Below the pieces are notes generated by a model. That model saw nothing but the letters and a program-made list of their open reading frames with translations. It was not told where the DNA came from and searched no databases. Positions 49,718 through 59,465 of a stretch of DNA of 64,000 bases are shown here, piece by piece. A program made the translations under genes and the position numbers. Numbering within the stretch: the first letter of the stretch is position 1; every line of letters begins with the position of its first letter. The stretch lies in the NCBI GenBank assembly GCA_044226285.1, contig JBGAHI010000009.1, positions 965 to 64,964 on the forward strand. The letters run 5' to 3'. The stretch is from Chitinophagales bacterium (GTDB taxonomy: Bacteria; Bacteroidota; Bacteroidia; Chitinophagales; LD1).

Positions 49718-50893
49718 ATGAACGAAGTATTTATAGTTGCCGTGGCGAGAACGCCTATTGGAAGTATGAGTGGAGTGTTATCGGGTGTAACGGCTGTGGA
49801 ATTGGGTAAACAGGCTATTCAAAAAGCCATTGAAAAAGCAGGCATTACAGGCGAAGATGTGCAAGAAGTGATCATGGGCAATGTGATTCAGGCGAACAAC
49901 GGACAAGCACCGGCTCGTCAGGCAGCTTTAGGCGCGGGCGTTACCGTGAATGCAACATGTACTACAATCAATAAAGTTTGTGCTTCAGGAATGAAAGCTG
50001 TGATTTTAGGTGCGCAATCAATTATGTTGGGCGATAAAGATATTGTTGTTGCCGGTGGAATGGAGAGTATGACCAACGCACCTTTCATGTTAGAAAATGC
50101 ACGAAACGGTTATCGTTACGGTAATGGCGGATTGATTGATTCAATTGTGAAAGATGCTTTGCAAGATCCGTACAGCAAAGAAATGATGGGTTGCAGTGGC
50201 GATCGTTGTGCTGCGAAATACAGTTTTTCGCGCGAAGATCAAGATGCATTTGCATTGGAATCGTATCGCAGAGCGGCTGAGGCACACAAAAACGGTTGGT
50301 TCAACGATGAGTTGTTCCCGGTAGAAATCAAAGGTCGTGGTGAATCTACCTTTGTAAGTGATGATGAAGAATACAAAAAGTTAAGAGCAGATAAAGTAGC
50401 TTCTTTGAAACCGGCTTTCGGGAAAGAAGGAACGGTTACTGCAGTAAACGCTTCTAAAATCAACGATGGTGCTGTTGCATTAGTGTTGATGAGCGGTGCA
50501 AAGGTGAAAGAATTAAATGCTACACCAATCGCGAAATTCATTGGTTATGCCGATGCAGAACAAACGCCTGATGAATTTACAACAGCTCCGGCTAAAGCCA
50601 TTCCTTTGGCGCTTAAAAAAGCGGGAATTGAATTGAGTCAGGTGGATTATGTTGAAATCAATGAAGCCTTCGCCAACGTAACCATGGCTAACACTAAAAT
50701 CTTAGGCTTGAACCCTGAGAAAGTAAACGCTTTTGGCGGTGCAGTAGCATTGGGTCACCCGGTAGGGATGAGCGGTGGAAGAATTATCGGTACGTTGATT
50801 TCAGTATTAAAGCACAAAGGCGGTAAATACGGTGTAGCGGCCATCTGCAATGGCGGTGGCGGAGCAAGTGCTGTGGTGATAGAAAAACTATAA
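49718..50893 (+). CDS. atoB: Acetyl-CoA C-acetyltransferase (biosynthetic thiolase)
   Basis: RTPIG, INKVCASGMK, EINEAF, GHPVGMSG, ICNGGGGA; start ATG 49718 preceded by TAGGTTTG at 49689-49696. Confidence 0.93.
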   Translation: MNEVFIVAVARTPIGSMSGVLSGVTAVELGKQAIQKAIEKAGITGEDVQEVIMGNVIQANNGQAPARQAALGAGVTVNATCTTINKVCASGMKAVILGAQSIMLGDKDIVVAGGMESMTNAPFMLENARNGYRYGNGGLIDSIVKDALQDPYSKEMMGCSGDRCAAKYSFSREDQDAFALESYRRAAEAHKNGWFNDELFPVEIKGRGESTFVSDDEEYKKLRADKVASLKPAFGKEGTVTAVNASKINDGAVALVLMSGAKVKELNATPIAKFIGYADAEQTPDEFTTAPAKAIPLALKKAGIELSQVDYVEINEAFANVTMANTKILGLNPEKVNAFGGAVALGHPVGMSGGRIIGTLISVLKHKGGKYGVAAICNGGGGASAVVIEKL

Positions 50894-50925
50894 TCGTTCG
50901 AATTCTCTTTGAATAAAACAATAAA

Positions 50926-50959
50926 GGAATGTTGGCCCATGTGCCAGCATTTCTTTTTT
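50926..50959 (+). terminator. Rho-independent terminator
   Basis: GAATGTTGGC-CCATGT-GCCAGCATTT followed by CTTTTTT. Confidence 0.6.
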
Positions 50960-50970
50960 AAATCAGAAAT

Positions 50971-51183
50971 ATGAAAAAGTTTCAATTAGGCGAAAACGAG
51001 TACATCGAGTTGAATAAACTAATGAAAGTGGTGGACGTAGTGAGTACAGGAGGCGAAGCCAATATTCGCATTATGAATGGCGAAGTGAAACTCAATGCAG
51101 CAACGGTTTCAGAGAAACGTAAGAAAATCCGTGTAGGCGATAAAATCGTTTACGGGAAGATCATTATTGTGGTGGAGAAGTAG
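50971..51183 (+). CDS. S4-domain RNA-binding protein (YbcJ/YaaA-like)
   Basis: EYIELNKLMK...TGGEA...KRKKIRVGD. Confidence 0.85.
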   Translation: MKKFQLGENEYIELNKLMKVVDVVSTGGEANIRIMNGEVKLNAATVSEKRKKIRVGDKIVYGKIIIVVEK

Positions 51184-51197
51184 CTTATACTTAAAAC

Positions 51198-51989
51198 CTA
51201 CAGCACAAAGTCTTTTTTAAGAATTCCATTCAATTTTGTGTACGGAATTAAAACAGATGACGTGCCTACTACGTGTGGTGCAATTTCATAGTCGTTGTAG
51301 AAAAATTGTATTCCATCCTTCAAAAGAATGAAATTGCGATTCAGCTTGAATTTTCCTTTATCTTTTTCGTCAAACACAAAGTATCCGGCATTTTCTAATG
51401 AAATAGAATCAGCAATTCCTTGTTCAGCGCGAAATAGCGGTTCTGCTATCGTTGTAAGTTTATCTATAGTCCCTTCCTCAATTACATCCTCTAAACGAAT
51501 GATTCGATTGCTTTTACGGTCGAAATTAGTATACCCTAAAAAGGTATTGCCATGCGCACCACCGGTAAACGAGGATCGGCTATGCGCAATACAAAAGTGG
51601 ATTGCTGTGTTGGCTAAAACACTAATATCTACATCTTCGTACCAACCAATAGTATAGTCTTTGTTCTGTGCAATAAAGTTGGCGTATTGTCCTAAAAAAC
51701 TGTCCATATATGCTTCAGGACTTATTATAATGGAATCCGACATGCTCAATTGCATGGCAACAGTATTGGTCAACAATTTCTCAAAAGGACTATTGTCTTT
51801 GAATATCGGGTAGGTCATGGAAACAGAAGCACTATCCTTAGTGTTCGAAAAGACCTTTTGCGAAGAGGTTAATGTATATGCAATTGTATCCGTAGCATTA
51901 TTTACGGTAGTTGCTTCTGTAGCGGAATGCTGATTACAGCCAGCAAGTAAAAAGAATGAAAATAAGCAAATAACAAATGGAGTGCGCAT
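51198..51989 (-). CDS. DUF4163/DUF3298 (RsiV/PdaC-like) lipoprotein
   Basis: Lipobox LAGC; FTGGAHG; FFYNDYEIAPH..G...IPY. Confidence 0.85.
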   Translation of the reverse strand: MRTPFVICLFSFFLLAGCNQHSATEATTVNNATDTIAYTLTSSQKVFSNTKDSASVSMTYPIFKDNSPFEKLLTNTVAMQLSMSDSIIISPEAYMDSFLGQYANFIAQNKDYTIGWYEDVDISVLANTAIHFCIAHSRSSFTGGAHGNTFLGYTNFDRKSNRIIRLEDVIEEGTIDKLTTIAEPLFRAEQGIADSISLENAGYFVFDEKDKGKFKLNRNFILLKDGIQFFYNDYEIAPHVVGTSSVLIPYTKLNGILKKDFVL

Positions 51990-52116
51990 ATATCGGTAAT
52001 TGTGTTCCTGTAAATGTATATGTTTTCACTATGGAAGAATACGAATCCCAATTTTATTTTTTTTAATGGGTTACCTTTTCATCATTACTGGTATTAAGTA
52101 GTAAATCACTTATACC

Positions 52117-53808
52117 ATGAAAAAAATAATCTTGCTACTGACCACGTTGCTTTTCGCTTTTTACAGCAAAGCAGCGACACAAAAAATTACTGTACTTTTT
52201 GAAAAAGACAAAAGCACTTTAACGGAAGCCTCTAAGGAGCAGTTGAATCATGTGCTTCCTGCCCAAATGTTTTATTTAATGGGCCATACCGATAATGATG
52301 GCGATGATAACTATAATCAGTCGCTGTCGAAACGCAGAGTAGACGCTGTTGCTACATATTTACGAAGTAAAAAACGCATTGATCGAACAAAATTAATCAC
52401 CAATTATTTTGGCGAACGACAGCCTGTAAATCCCAATCTTACTGAAGAGCAAAAATCACAAAACAGAAGGGTAGTGGTTTCCTATATCGCAGATCCACTT
52501 TTGGTCTATGATGTTCCTGTTCAGTTATTCACTATCAACAATTACCGCGATACAACAGTAGTTGGAGAAAACGGAACAAAATTATTTTTCCCGGCACATT
52601 GTTTTAAAGAACAAAATGTGAGCATTCAACTTCGAGAATATACCGATACGAAAAGCATTCTGAGCGCCAATTTGAGCACGCTATCGGATGGACGAATGTT
52701 GGAAACAAGCGGTATGGTCTATGTTGAGGCATATGATAACGATTACAATCGATTGGAATTGCAACAGCCAATGGACATTACCTTTAAGAACAAAGGAACA
52801 ACATACAACGATTTCAAGTATTTCAAAGGGGAATACAATCAAGACTTGAGTATGAATTGGACAACATCCGGCACAACAAAACAAAATTATGACGAAGGTT
52901 ATTTGCGACAGTTTCAAATTGATGCGAATGGCTACAATGGAACCCATTTAGTTGGTTCATTGTTGAGTAGCTTGAAGAAAATTACGGATGACAAAACGTT
53001 CATTGCATTGGCGAATGTGCCTTGTTTTCAAGATTCAAAAGTCTATTTAGATATAGATTTAGATGGTAAACTAAGACGTGTGGTAACGAATTTGAAAGAC
53101 AAAAGCTGCGAATGCGAACAACTTTTTCAATCGAAGGTGAAGCAATATTTCGATCATACCTATGCTATTCAAAAAAATGCGAGTTATAACTATGAAGACC
53201 AACCACATATTGAGTTTGGTGTTCGAAATGTGAGCACCGACAAGCGTGCAAAAGGACAATTAGAACCCTTAGCTAAAACAACAGTGCAATTTGATGATTT
53301 TGCTATGGTGATAAAAGGGAAGCAACTCGATAAGTTGGCTGCTGTAAAACGAATGGCCGATTCAATCGAATATGAAAAGCAATTAGAAGAAACGCGTGCT
53401 TATATAGCAAGGCTAAACGCTGAGCAGCGTAAAGCAATTGAAAATCAAGCCAAGGAAGCTGTTGCTTTTAAAGAAATAAAAATCGCAACTCAATCACTGC
53501 AATGGATCAATTGCGATCGATTTATGTCTGAGCCAGTATCAGTTAAACAAATTCAAACTGGTGAGGATGCGATGATTCGATTGGTGTTTACGCAGGAAAA
53601 TTCAGTTTTGGGAGGTCGATCAGAAGGGAAAAGTGTTCAATTCAGTGTGCCTGAAAATCAAGCTGTAACATTAATCGCCACCCAAATTAAAGGGGATAAA
53701 TACTATTATGATATCCAAAAAGTAAATACGAGTCAACTCAATGCAGTAAAACTAAACTATAAAGAAGTGGATCACAAAAAGCTGAGCGAAGAAGTCAGTA
53801 AAATCTAA
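52117..53808 (+). CDS. Secreted protein with N-terminal OmpA-like peptidoglycan-binding domain
   Basis: Signal peptide; GHTDNDG...NQSLSKRR...GERQP...NRRV; MLETSGM and WINCDRF motifs. Confidence 0.8.
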   Translation: MKKIILLLTTLLFAFYSKAATQKITVLFEKDKSTLTEASKEQLNHVLPAQMFYLMGHTDNDGDDNYNQSLSKRRVDAVATYLRSKKRIDRTKLITNYFGERQPVNPNLTEEQKSQNRRVVVSYIADPLLVYDVPVQLFTINNYRDTTVVGENGTKLFFPAHCFKEQNVSIQLREYTDTKSILSANLSTLSDGRMLETSGMVYVEAYDNDYNRLELQQPMDITFKNKGTTYNDFKYFKGEYNQDLSMNWTTSGTTKQNYDEGYLRQFQIDANGYNGTHLVGSLLSSLKKITDDKTFIALANVPCFQDSKVYLDIDLDGKLRRVVTNLKDKSCECEQLFQSKVKQYFDHTYAIQKNASYNYEDQPHIEFGVRNVSTDKRAKGQLEPLAKTTVQFDDFAMVIKGKQLDKLAAVKRMADSIEYEKQLEETRAYIARLNAEQRKAIENQAKEAVAFKEIKIATQSLQWINCDRFMSEPVSVKQIQTGEDAMIRLVFTQENSVLGGRSEGKSVQFSVPENQAVTLIATQIKGDKYYYDIQKVNTSQLNAVKLNYKEVDHKKLSEEVSKI

Positions 53809-53835
53809 ATGGTATTTTTTGATTTGCAATGCGGT

Positions 53836-54435
53836 TCATTTGTGAGCCGCAATTTTCATTTTATCGCGAATGGCTTGCTGAACGGTTCTTCCGTTGAGCT
53901 CGTTTTCGTATACAACAATGGTGTCCGGTGTAGCTTGCTCAGGAGCAAAACCTTTAACTGTTCCAGTAGTAACAATAGTATCTGTAACATAAACAGTATG
54001 AAAAACAGTATCTACATGCACCGATTCTCCGGTGGCTTGTTCAACAGTAATCAAAGTTTGCTTTACTTTTTCGGTGTATTTGTTTTTAACAGGGAACTTA
54101 TTTAATCCAATAAGCACAACACTTACTGCTCCTGCTACAACTCCCAATCCAATTACTGTTTTAAATAGTTTCTTAATGAACTTAAAAAAACTGTTCGATT
54201 GTGGAGGGTACTGTTGAATGTCGGCAGGAGATACTGTTCCAATGATAGCTCCAATTTCCGCTTTTACATTTTTGCGTTCGAATGATTGTATACCGGAACC
54301 TATGTAGGAATATTCTTTTACCAGTAGTTGCAGTTCCTCATCGCTTTGGAGCAATGCTTCAAAACGCAAAAATTCTTCACCTTGCAATTCACCGGCAAGG
54401 TAACGAATGACTAGTATTTCTCTTTCCTCATCCAT
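53836..54435 (-). CDS. Putative anti-sigma factor
   Basis: N-terminal IRYLAGEL..EE...FE..L, single TM; overlaps the ECF gene end. Confidence 0.65.
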   Translation of the reverse strand: MDEEREILVIRYLAGELQGEEFLRFEALLQSDEELQLLVKEYSYIGSGIQSFERKNVKAEIGAIIGTVSPADIQQYPPQSNSFFKFIKKLFKTVIGLGVVAGAVSVVLIGLNKFPVKNKYTEKVKQTLITVEQATGESVHVDTVFHTVYVTDTIVTTGTVKGFAPEQATPDTIVVYENELNGRTVQQAIRDKMKIAAHK

Positions 54436-54958
54436 TCGTCATGATTCGTTTAAGTTGCTGGATACATTTATACTTCTGGTTCTTCACCGTATCGGCATTG
54501 GCATACGACAATTCAGTGGCGATATCCTCCATTCTTTTTTTGTAATAGAAAAAGAGCGTCAATATTTGTCGACATTTATCACCCAATTGCTGTAAAGCAG
54601 CATGCACCTTTTCTTCTTGTTCTTCAGTATTGGCGGTGTTTTCTTCTTCGATGCTCACATACTCTTCCACATCAGTGAGGTGCGCAGTGGATGTAGTTCT
54701 TGATAGTTTTTTCAACCAAATATTCCTACACACAGAATAGAGAAACGTTTTCAAACTACATTGTAAACTAAAATCGCTGCGCAATGTTTTTTCATATACC
54801 ACTACTAAGGCATCTTGAAAAACATCTTTTGCATCTTCTTCATTGCCTTTATTTTTCTGCACAAAACAACTCACCATCCCGAAATACATACTGTAGATGT
54901 AACGGAATGCCTGCGGGTCTTTCACGGCAATGGAGCGGAGTAATTCGTGGTCGTTCAT
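54428..54958 (-). CDS. ECF RNA polymerase sigma factor
   Basis: DAKDVFQDA, LKTFLYSVCRNIW, LGDKCRQIL...IATELSY...TVKNQKYKC. Confidence 0.92.
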   Translation of the reverse strand: MNDHELLRSIAVKDPQAFRYIYSMYFGMVSCFVQKNKGNEEDAKDVFQDALVVVYEKTLRSDFSLQCSLKTFLYSVCRNIWLKKLSRTTSTAHLTDVEEYVSIEEENTANTEEQEEKVHAALQQLGDKCRQILTLFFYYKKRMEDIATELSYANADTVKNQKYKCIQQLKRIMTNG

Positions 54959-55140
54959 TAACTTATTAAAGATAAAGGAAAACTTCGGTTTTATAAAGTT
55001 TTTATGCGAGGAAATACAGTGTTTTTTATTTTATTCTTTGAAGGATGAATCCGTGTTTTCAAAACTTATGAACAGACTGAAACAGAGGAAATTGGATTCG
55101 GATTTTATTGTTTTCTTTGTGGCGTTGATTTTGCTGTAAC

Positions 55141-56910
55141 GTGGAATCTTTATTCACACTAAATTGTTTTTTCTTGAAGTCGCTTCGCACATTATTGCCT
55201 TATTTCTCGAACTATAAACTGAAGACCGCATTAGGTATTTTGTTTATAGTATTAGCGAATTTGTTTAAGACCTACAACCCCGTTGTTGTGCGGGATGCCA
55301 TCAACCAATTGGTAGAACAGTTAGAACAACCTACTGACGCAACTTCTGTAACGAAGATTGTTCTTTCATTTTCGTTGGTGTTTTTTGTGGTTGCTATACT
55401 GGAAGGTATTTTTACCTTCTTCATGCGACAAACAATTATCGTGGTTTCGCGCTACATCGAGAAAGACATGAAGGCAAAATTGTTCGATCATTATCAATAT
55501 CTCGATCAGGCGTTTTTTAGAAGAAACAATACCGGTGATTTGATGAACAGAGTGACCGAAGATATAGCCAGAGTGCGCATGTTTATTGGTCCATCGATTA
55601 TGTACTCACTTAACTTATTAGTGATGTTTATTTTTTGTACGGTGAACATGGTGCGTGTGAACTGGCAGTTGGCGCTATTTGTGTTGATTCCAATGCCCAT
55701 TTTATCTTATACTATTTATCGCTTGAACAGCAGCATTAACAAAACCAGTGAAGAGTTGCAAGCGAAATTGTCGGATCTTACTACGATGGCGCAAGAATCC
55801 TTTTCGGGTATACGCGTGATACAAGCATACGTGCAAGAGAAAATGATGGCTCGTTTTTTTGAAGATGCCAGTGAAGAATACAAAACAGAATCGCTGAAAC
55901 TTGCACGAATAGAAGCTTTCTACTTCCCATTAATTATGTTTTTGGTGGGCTTCTGTTTGCTGATTATTATTTTGGTGGGTGGCTATTTCAACATTAATGG
56001 AAAAATAAGCATCGGAAATATTGCAGAGTTTATGTTATACCTCAACATGCTTACGTTTCCTATGAGTGCCTTGGGTTGGGCTGTTGCTTTAACACAACAG
56101 GCAGCAGTGTCTATGCGAAGGATAAACGCCTTCATGGGTGAGCAATCTTCTGTTTTAAATCAAGATGCTCCGGCATTTACGTTGAATGGAGATATTGAAT
56201 TCCGTGATGTAACCTTTGTTTATCCCGATTCAGGCATAAAAGCCATCAGTCATTTGAATATGCATATCAAAGCCGGGCAGCGGGTAGCCATTGTTGGTAA
56301 AACCGGTTCCGGAAAATCTACCATTGCCGATTTGTGTATGCGAATGTACGATGTCACGGAGGGGCAAGTATTGATTGACGGGAAGCCCATTCAACAGGTA
56401 AATACTGCTTCGCTTCGTCAGTCGGTAGGCTATGTACCGCAAGATGTTTTTCTTTTTTCAGACACTATTTCCAGCAATCTATTGTTCGGCAATAACACCG
56501 ATAATCGGGCTCCGGTTTTAGCCAAACAAGTAGCTATTAACGAAGAGATTGAAAAATTCCCCGAGGCATATGATACAATGGTAGGGGAGCGAGGTGTGAT
56601 GCTTTCCGGTGGACAAAAACAGCGAATTTCCATTGCTCGAGCTTTATCGGGGAATCCTAAAATGTTAATTTTAGATGATTGTCTTTCGGCAGTAGATGCC
56701 CGTACAGAGAAAATTATTGAGCACAATTTGCTGGATGAAATGAAAGCCAGAACCACTATTGTTATTACACATCGTGTGTTCTCTTCTATTTCTTTCGACA
56801 ATATATTTGTGTTGGATGGAGGCGTTTTAATTGAGCAAGGAACACATGAAGAATTGATGCAACGCAATGGATTTTATTCGCATCTTTATATTCAACAAAC
56901 GGCAGAATAA
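55141..56910 (+). CDS. ABC exporter, fused permease/ATPase (MsbA/MdlA-like)
   Basis: Six-TM domain, GKTGSGKS, LSGGQKQR, LILDD; exact start uncertain. Confidence 0.92.
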   Translation: MESLFTLNCFFLKSLRTLLPYFSNYKLKTALGILFIVLANLFKTYNPVVVRDAINQLVEQLEQPTDATSVTKIVLSFSLVFFVVAILEGIFTFFMRQTIIVVSRYIEKDMKAKLFDHYQYLDQAFFRRNNTGDLMNRVTEDIARVRMFIGPSIMYSLNLLVMFIFCTVNMVRVNWQLALFVLIPMPILSYTIYRLNSSINKTSEELQAKLSDLTTMAQESFSGIRVIQAYVQEKMMARFFEDASEEYKTESLKLARIEAFYFPLIMFLVGFCLLIIILVGGYFNINGKISIGNIAEFMLYLNMLTFPMSALGWAVALTQQAAVSMRRINAFMGEQSSVLNQDAPAFTLNGDIEFRDVTFVYPDSGIKAISHLNMHIKAGQRVAIVGKTGSGKSTIADLCMRMYDVTEGQVLIDGKPIQQVNTASLRQSVGYVPQDVFLFSDTISSNLLFGNNTDNRAPVLAKQVAINEEIEKFPEAYDTMVGERGVMLSGGQKQRISIARALSGNPKMLILDDCLSAVDARTEKIIEHNLLDEMKARTTIVITHRVFSSISFDNIFVLDGGVLIEQGTHEELMQRNGFYSHLYIQQTAE

Positions 56911-57006
56911 TTCTTAAAAAGTAATATTATTTGGCATAATTGTTGGCGATTATTTATTAAAAGCTCTATTTTAGATTATTAACTATAACCAATAAAACGA
57001 AAAAAC

Positions 57007-57423
57007 GTGGAGAATCAAGGTGGAAAAAACAATGGTTTTTATAGTAGAAAGTTAAAAGCAGGTAAGCGAAGAACTTACTTTTTCGATGTTCGTGATACTA
57101 AACAAGGTGATTTCTATTTAACCATTACCGAAAGCAAGAAGAAATTTGATGGCGATGGATACGAAAGTCACAAAATTTTCCTCTACAAAGAAGATTTCAA
57201 GAAGTTTATGGAGGCATTGAACGATACGGTTAATCATGTGAAAACAGAGTTAATGCCTGATTTTGATTACGATGCAGATCGGTTTATTCCTACACAAGAA
57301 AGCAATAGTAATTATTACCAACAGTCTGAGACGAAACACACAGAAACACCACCGGCTGAAAATCCAACTTCAGATTATATTTCTACCGGAACCATCAGCG
57401 ATGATGAGGAAATTAAGTGGTAA
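57007..57423 (+). CDS. PUR/DUF3276 family protein with acidic C-terminal tail
   Basis: AGKRRTYFFDVR...YLTITESKK...KIFLYKEDF. Confidence 0.88.
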   Translation: MENQGGKNNGFYSRKLKAGKRRTYFFDVRDTKQGDFYLTITESKKKFDGDGYESHKIFLYKEDFKKFMEALNDTVNHVKTELMPDFDYDADRFIPTQESNSNYYQQSETKHTETPPAENPTSDYISTGTISDDEEIKW

Positions 57424-57519
57424 GTTCAGTATACAATTGCTTTCAAATCCTATTTTCCTTTGAGGTGAAGGCGTCTTATCTATTTTTATATCTTTAGCCT
57501 TAAATCAGCTTGTCGAATT

Positions 57520-58893
57520 ATGTTTGCTCGGACAATTGTGCTCTTTATTTTTTTTGCAGGATTTTGCCTGAATGTTATTTCTCAAACACCTGCCTCAAAA
57601 GCGGGTCCAATGAAATCGCAAAGTCTTGCCAAACCTCGAATGGCCAACGATGAAATTCGTAAGGCAACCGAAGAAATTAATAAAGAAGCTTTGTTTGCAG
57701 AGCCGCTAGATTCAGTAGTAACTTCACAAAATACACCTGCCGAAACCAGTTCAATCTCCCAAACAACGATTACTCTATTACTTTCTTTTGATGCTCCACA
57801 TGCAGCATGGAAAATGTCATCTTACATGAAAGCAGAAGACCCCATTGAAGCAAGAGGCATAAAAATGAAGGAATCTTCACAACAGGCGATGGATTTCTAC
57901 GAGGGATTCCTTTCGGCTATAAATGAAGGCGCACCGTTCTTTAACATTCGTCTTCAAGTTTTTGATGCCACTAAAAGCGATTCGTTGTTGCGAGAAGTAT
58001 TGAAAAACGATTCCATAAAACATAGCGACATTATCATTGGTCCAGGTTCTATATCGGGTGCACGCATTGTTTCGGAGTACTGCAAAAAGAATAAGATTAT
58101 TAATATTCAACCTTTTATTGCTGCTCGAAATATTGCTTCACAAAACCCGTATTTGGTTAAACTTGCCCCTTCTATTGATGCGCACATGGCTCGAATTTTC
58201 AAAACCATTGTGGACTCTTTTCCGACATACAAAACAGTGATTTATTGTTCGAAGCGTGAACGTGATTTTGTTGCTGCCTCGGCTATAGATACTTTGTTTA
58301 AGCAATATAATTTGACAGCTAAACGGAAGTTGAATTACGTTTTTGTGAATAACGGAGATACTACCAAATCATCCGCAGCTCGAAGTCTTGGTGCAAATGT
58401 TACAGCCGGGAAAACTGTAATTGTATACTGTAGTTATGATCCAAGCACAGTAGAGCAAACACTCAAAAGCTTCCAACGTGGCAGTGCCGTTATTTTTGGA
58501 ATGCCGACTTGGTTGAACGAGGAACTGATTCGAGTAGATTATATGAATAATGCTGATTTGCATTTTACCGATGAGTTTTTTGCCGATACTTCCGATAATC
58601 AAGTGAAAGACTTTGGAAGACGTTATATGGCAAACTACGAACATAATCCTTCACAAACATCCTATCTAGGTTATGATGTTGCGCAGTATCTTCTATTCTC
58701 AATGAAACTTAACGGTTATGCATTTCCTGAAAAGGGAATAACTGCTCCATACACAGGCTTAGGGCATAACTTTTCAATCAGGAAATACTATGCTAAAAGC
58801 AAAACAGATACAGTACCTGTGTTTCAGTACTACACCAACGAATCGGTTCATCAGTTCCGATTGCAGGATTATAAGATTTTACTTTCTGAGTAA
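57520..58893 (+). CDS. Periplasmic-binding-protein type 1 fold protein (LppC-like)
   Basis: Signal peptide; AMDFYEG, LQVFD, DIIIGP, SYLGYDVA. Confidence 0.7.
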   Translation: MFARTIVLFIFFAGFCLNVISQTPASKAGPMKSQSLAKPRMANDEIRKATEEINKEALFAEPLDSVVTSQNTPAETSSISQTTITLLLSFDAPHAAWKMSSYMKAEDPIEARGIKMKESSQQAMDFYEGFLSAINEGAPFFNIRLQVFDATKSDSLLREVLKNDSIKHSDIIIGPGSISGARIVSEYCKKNKIINIQPFIAARNIASQNPYLVKLAPSIDAHMARIFKTIVDSFPTYKTVIYCSKRERDFVAASAIDTLFKQYNLTAKRKLNYVFVNNGDTTKSSAARSLGANVTAGKTVIVYCSYDPSTVEQTLKSFQRGSAVIFGMPTWLNEELIRVDYMNNADLHFTDEFFADTSDNQVKDFGRRYMANYEHNPSQTSYLGYDVAQYLLFSMKLNGYAFPEKGITAPYTGLGHNFSIRKYYAKSKTDTVPVFQYYTNESVHQFRLQDYKILLSE

Positions 58894-59057
58894 TTTGATT
58901 TAGTTTTTTAGCAGTTGAAAAATGTAACTGTTTGAACAGCAACTACTTTTTTTTCTGTTCGTTGAAAACTAGTGTGTTTAATTTGGTGCGGGAGGATGAA
59001 TATGTTAAATTCATCGAGTATACAGTTGCTTTATTTCTTCACCAAAACCAAACCAAG

Positions 59058-59396
59058 ATGAATACTGCTACTACAGAAATAGGCTTAACCTCTGCACAAA
59101 GCTGGTTAGCAGAAGGGAAATCGTTTGATGAAATTCAGGCGTTGTTAAATGATACCGGATTATCGGCTGAAGATGTTGATTCGGTCATGAAGCAGGTAAA
59201 AGATCAACGTTATGAATCGCAACGCAGAAAAGGCCTTCCTTTAATTGGAATTGGAGCTATGCTTTGTGTATTGGGCTGTGTTGTTACTATCTTAACAACT
59301 GATGCAGGAGGCGCAGGTTTTCACTTCGCATTATATGGGATGACGGGTATTGGAGCTACCACCATTATGGGCGGTTTGGCGATTGTACTGGGTTAA
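59058..59396 (+). CDS. Small two-TM hypothetical protein
   Basis: Start MNTATT at 59058; two C-terminal hydrophobic helices. Confidence 0.65.
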   Translation: MNTATTEIGLTSAQSWLAEGKSFDEIQALLNDTGLSAEDVDSVMKQVKDQRYESQRRKGLPLIGIGAMLCVLGCVVTILTTDAGGAGFHFALYGMTGIGATTIMGGLAIVLG

Positions 59397-59413
59397 TACA
59401 ACAGCATTTAAAT

Positions 59414-59450
59414 AAAAACAGCCGATAGATTTACCCTATCGGCTGTTTTT
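59414..59450. terminator. Bidirectional Rho-independent terminator
   Basis: AAAAACAGCCGATAG-loop-CTATCGGCTGTTTTT between convergent genes. Confidence 0.88.
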
Positions 59451-59465
59451 ATTTGCAATAGTTAC

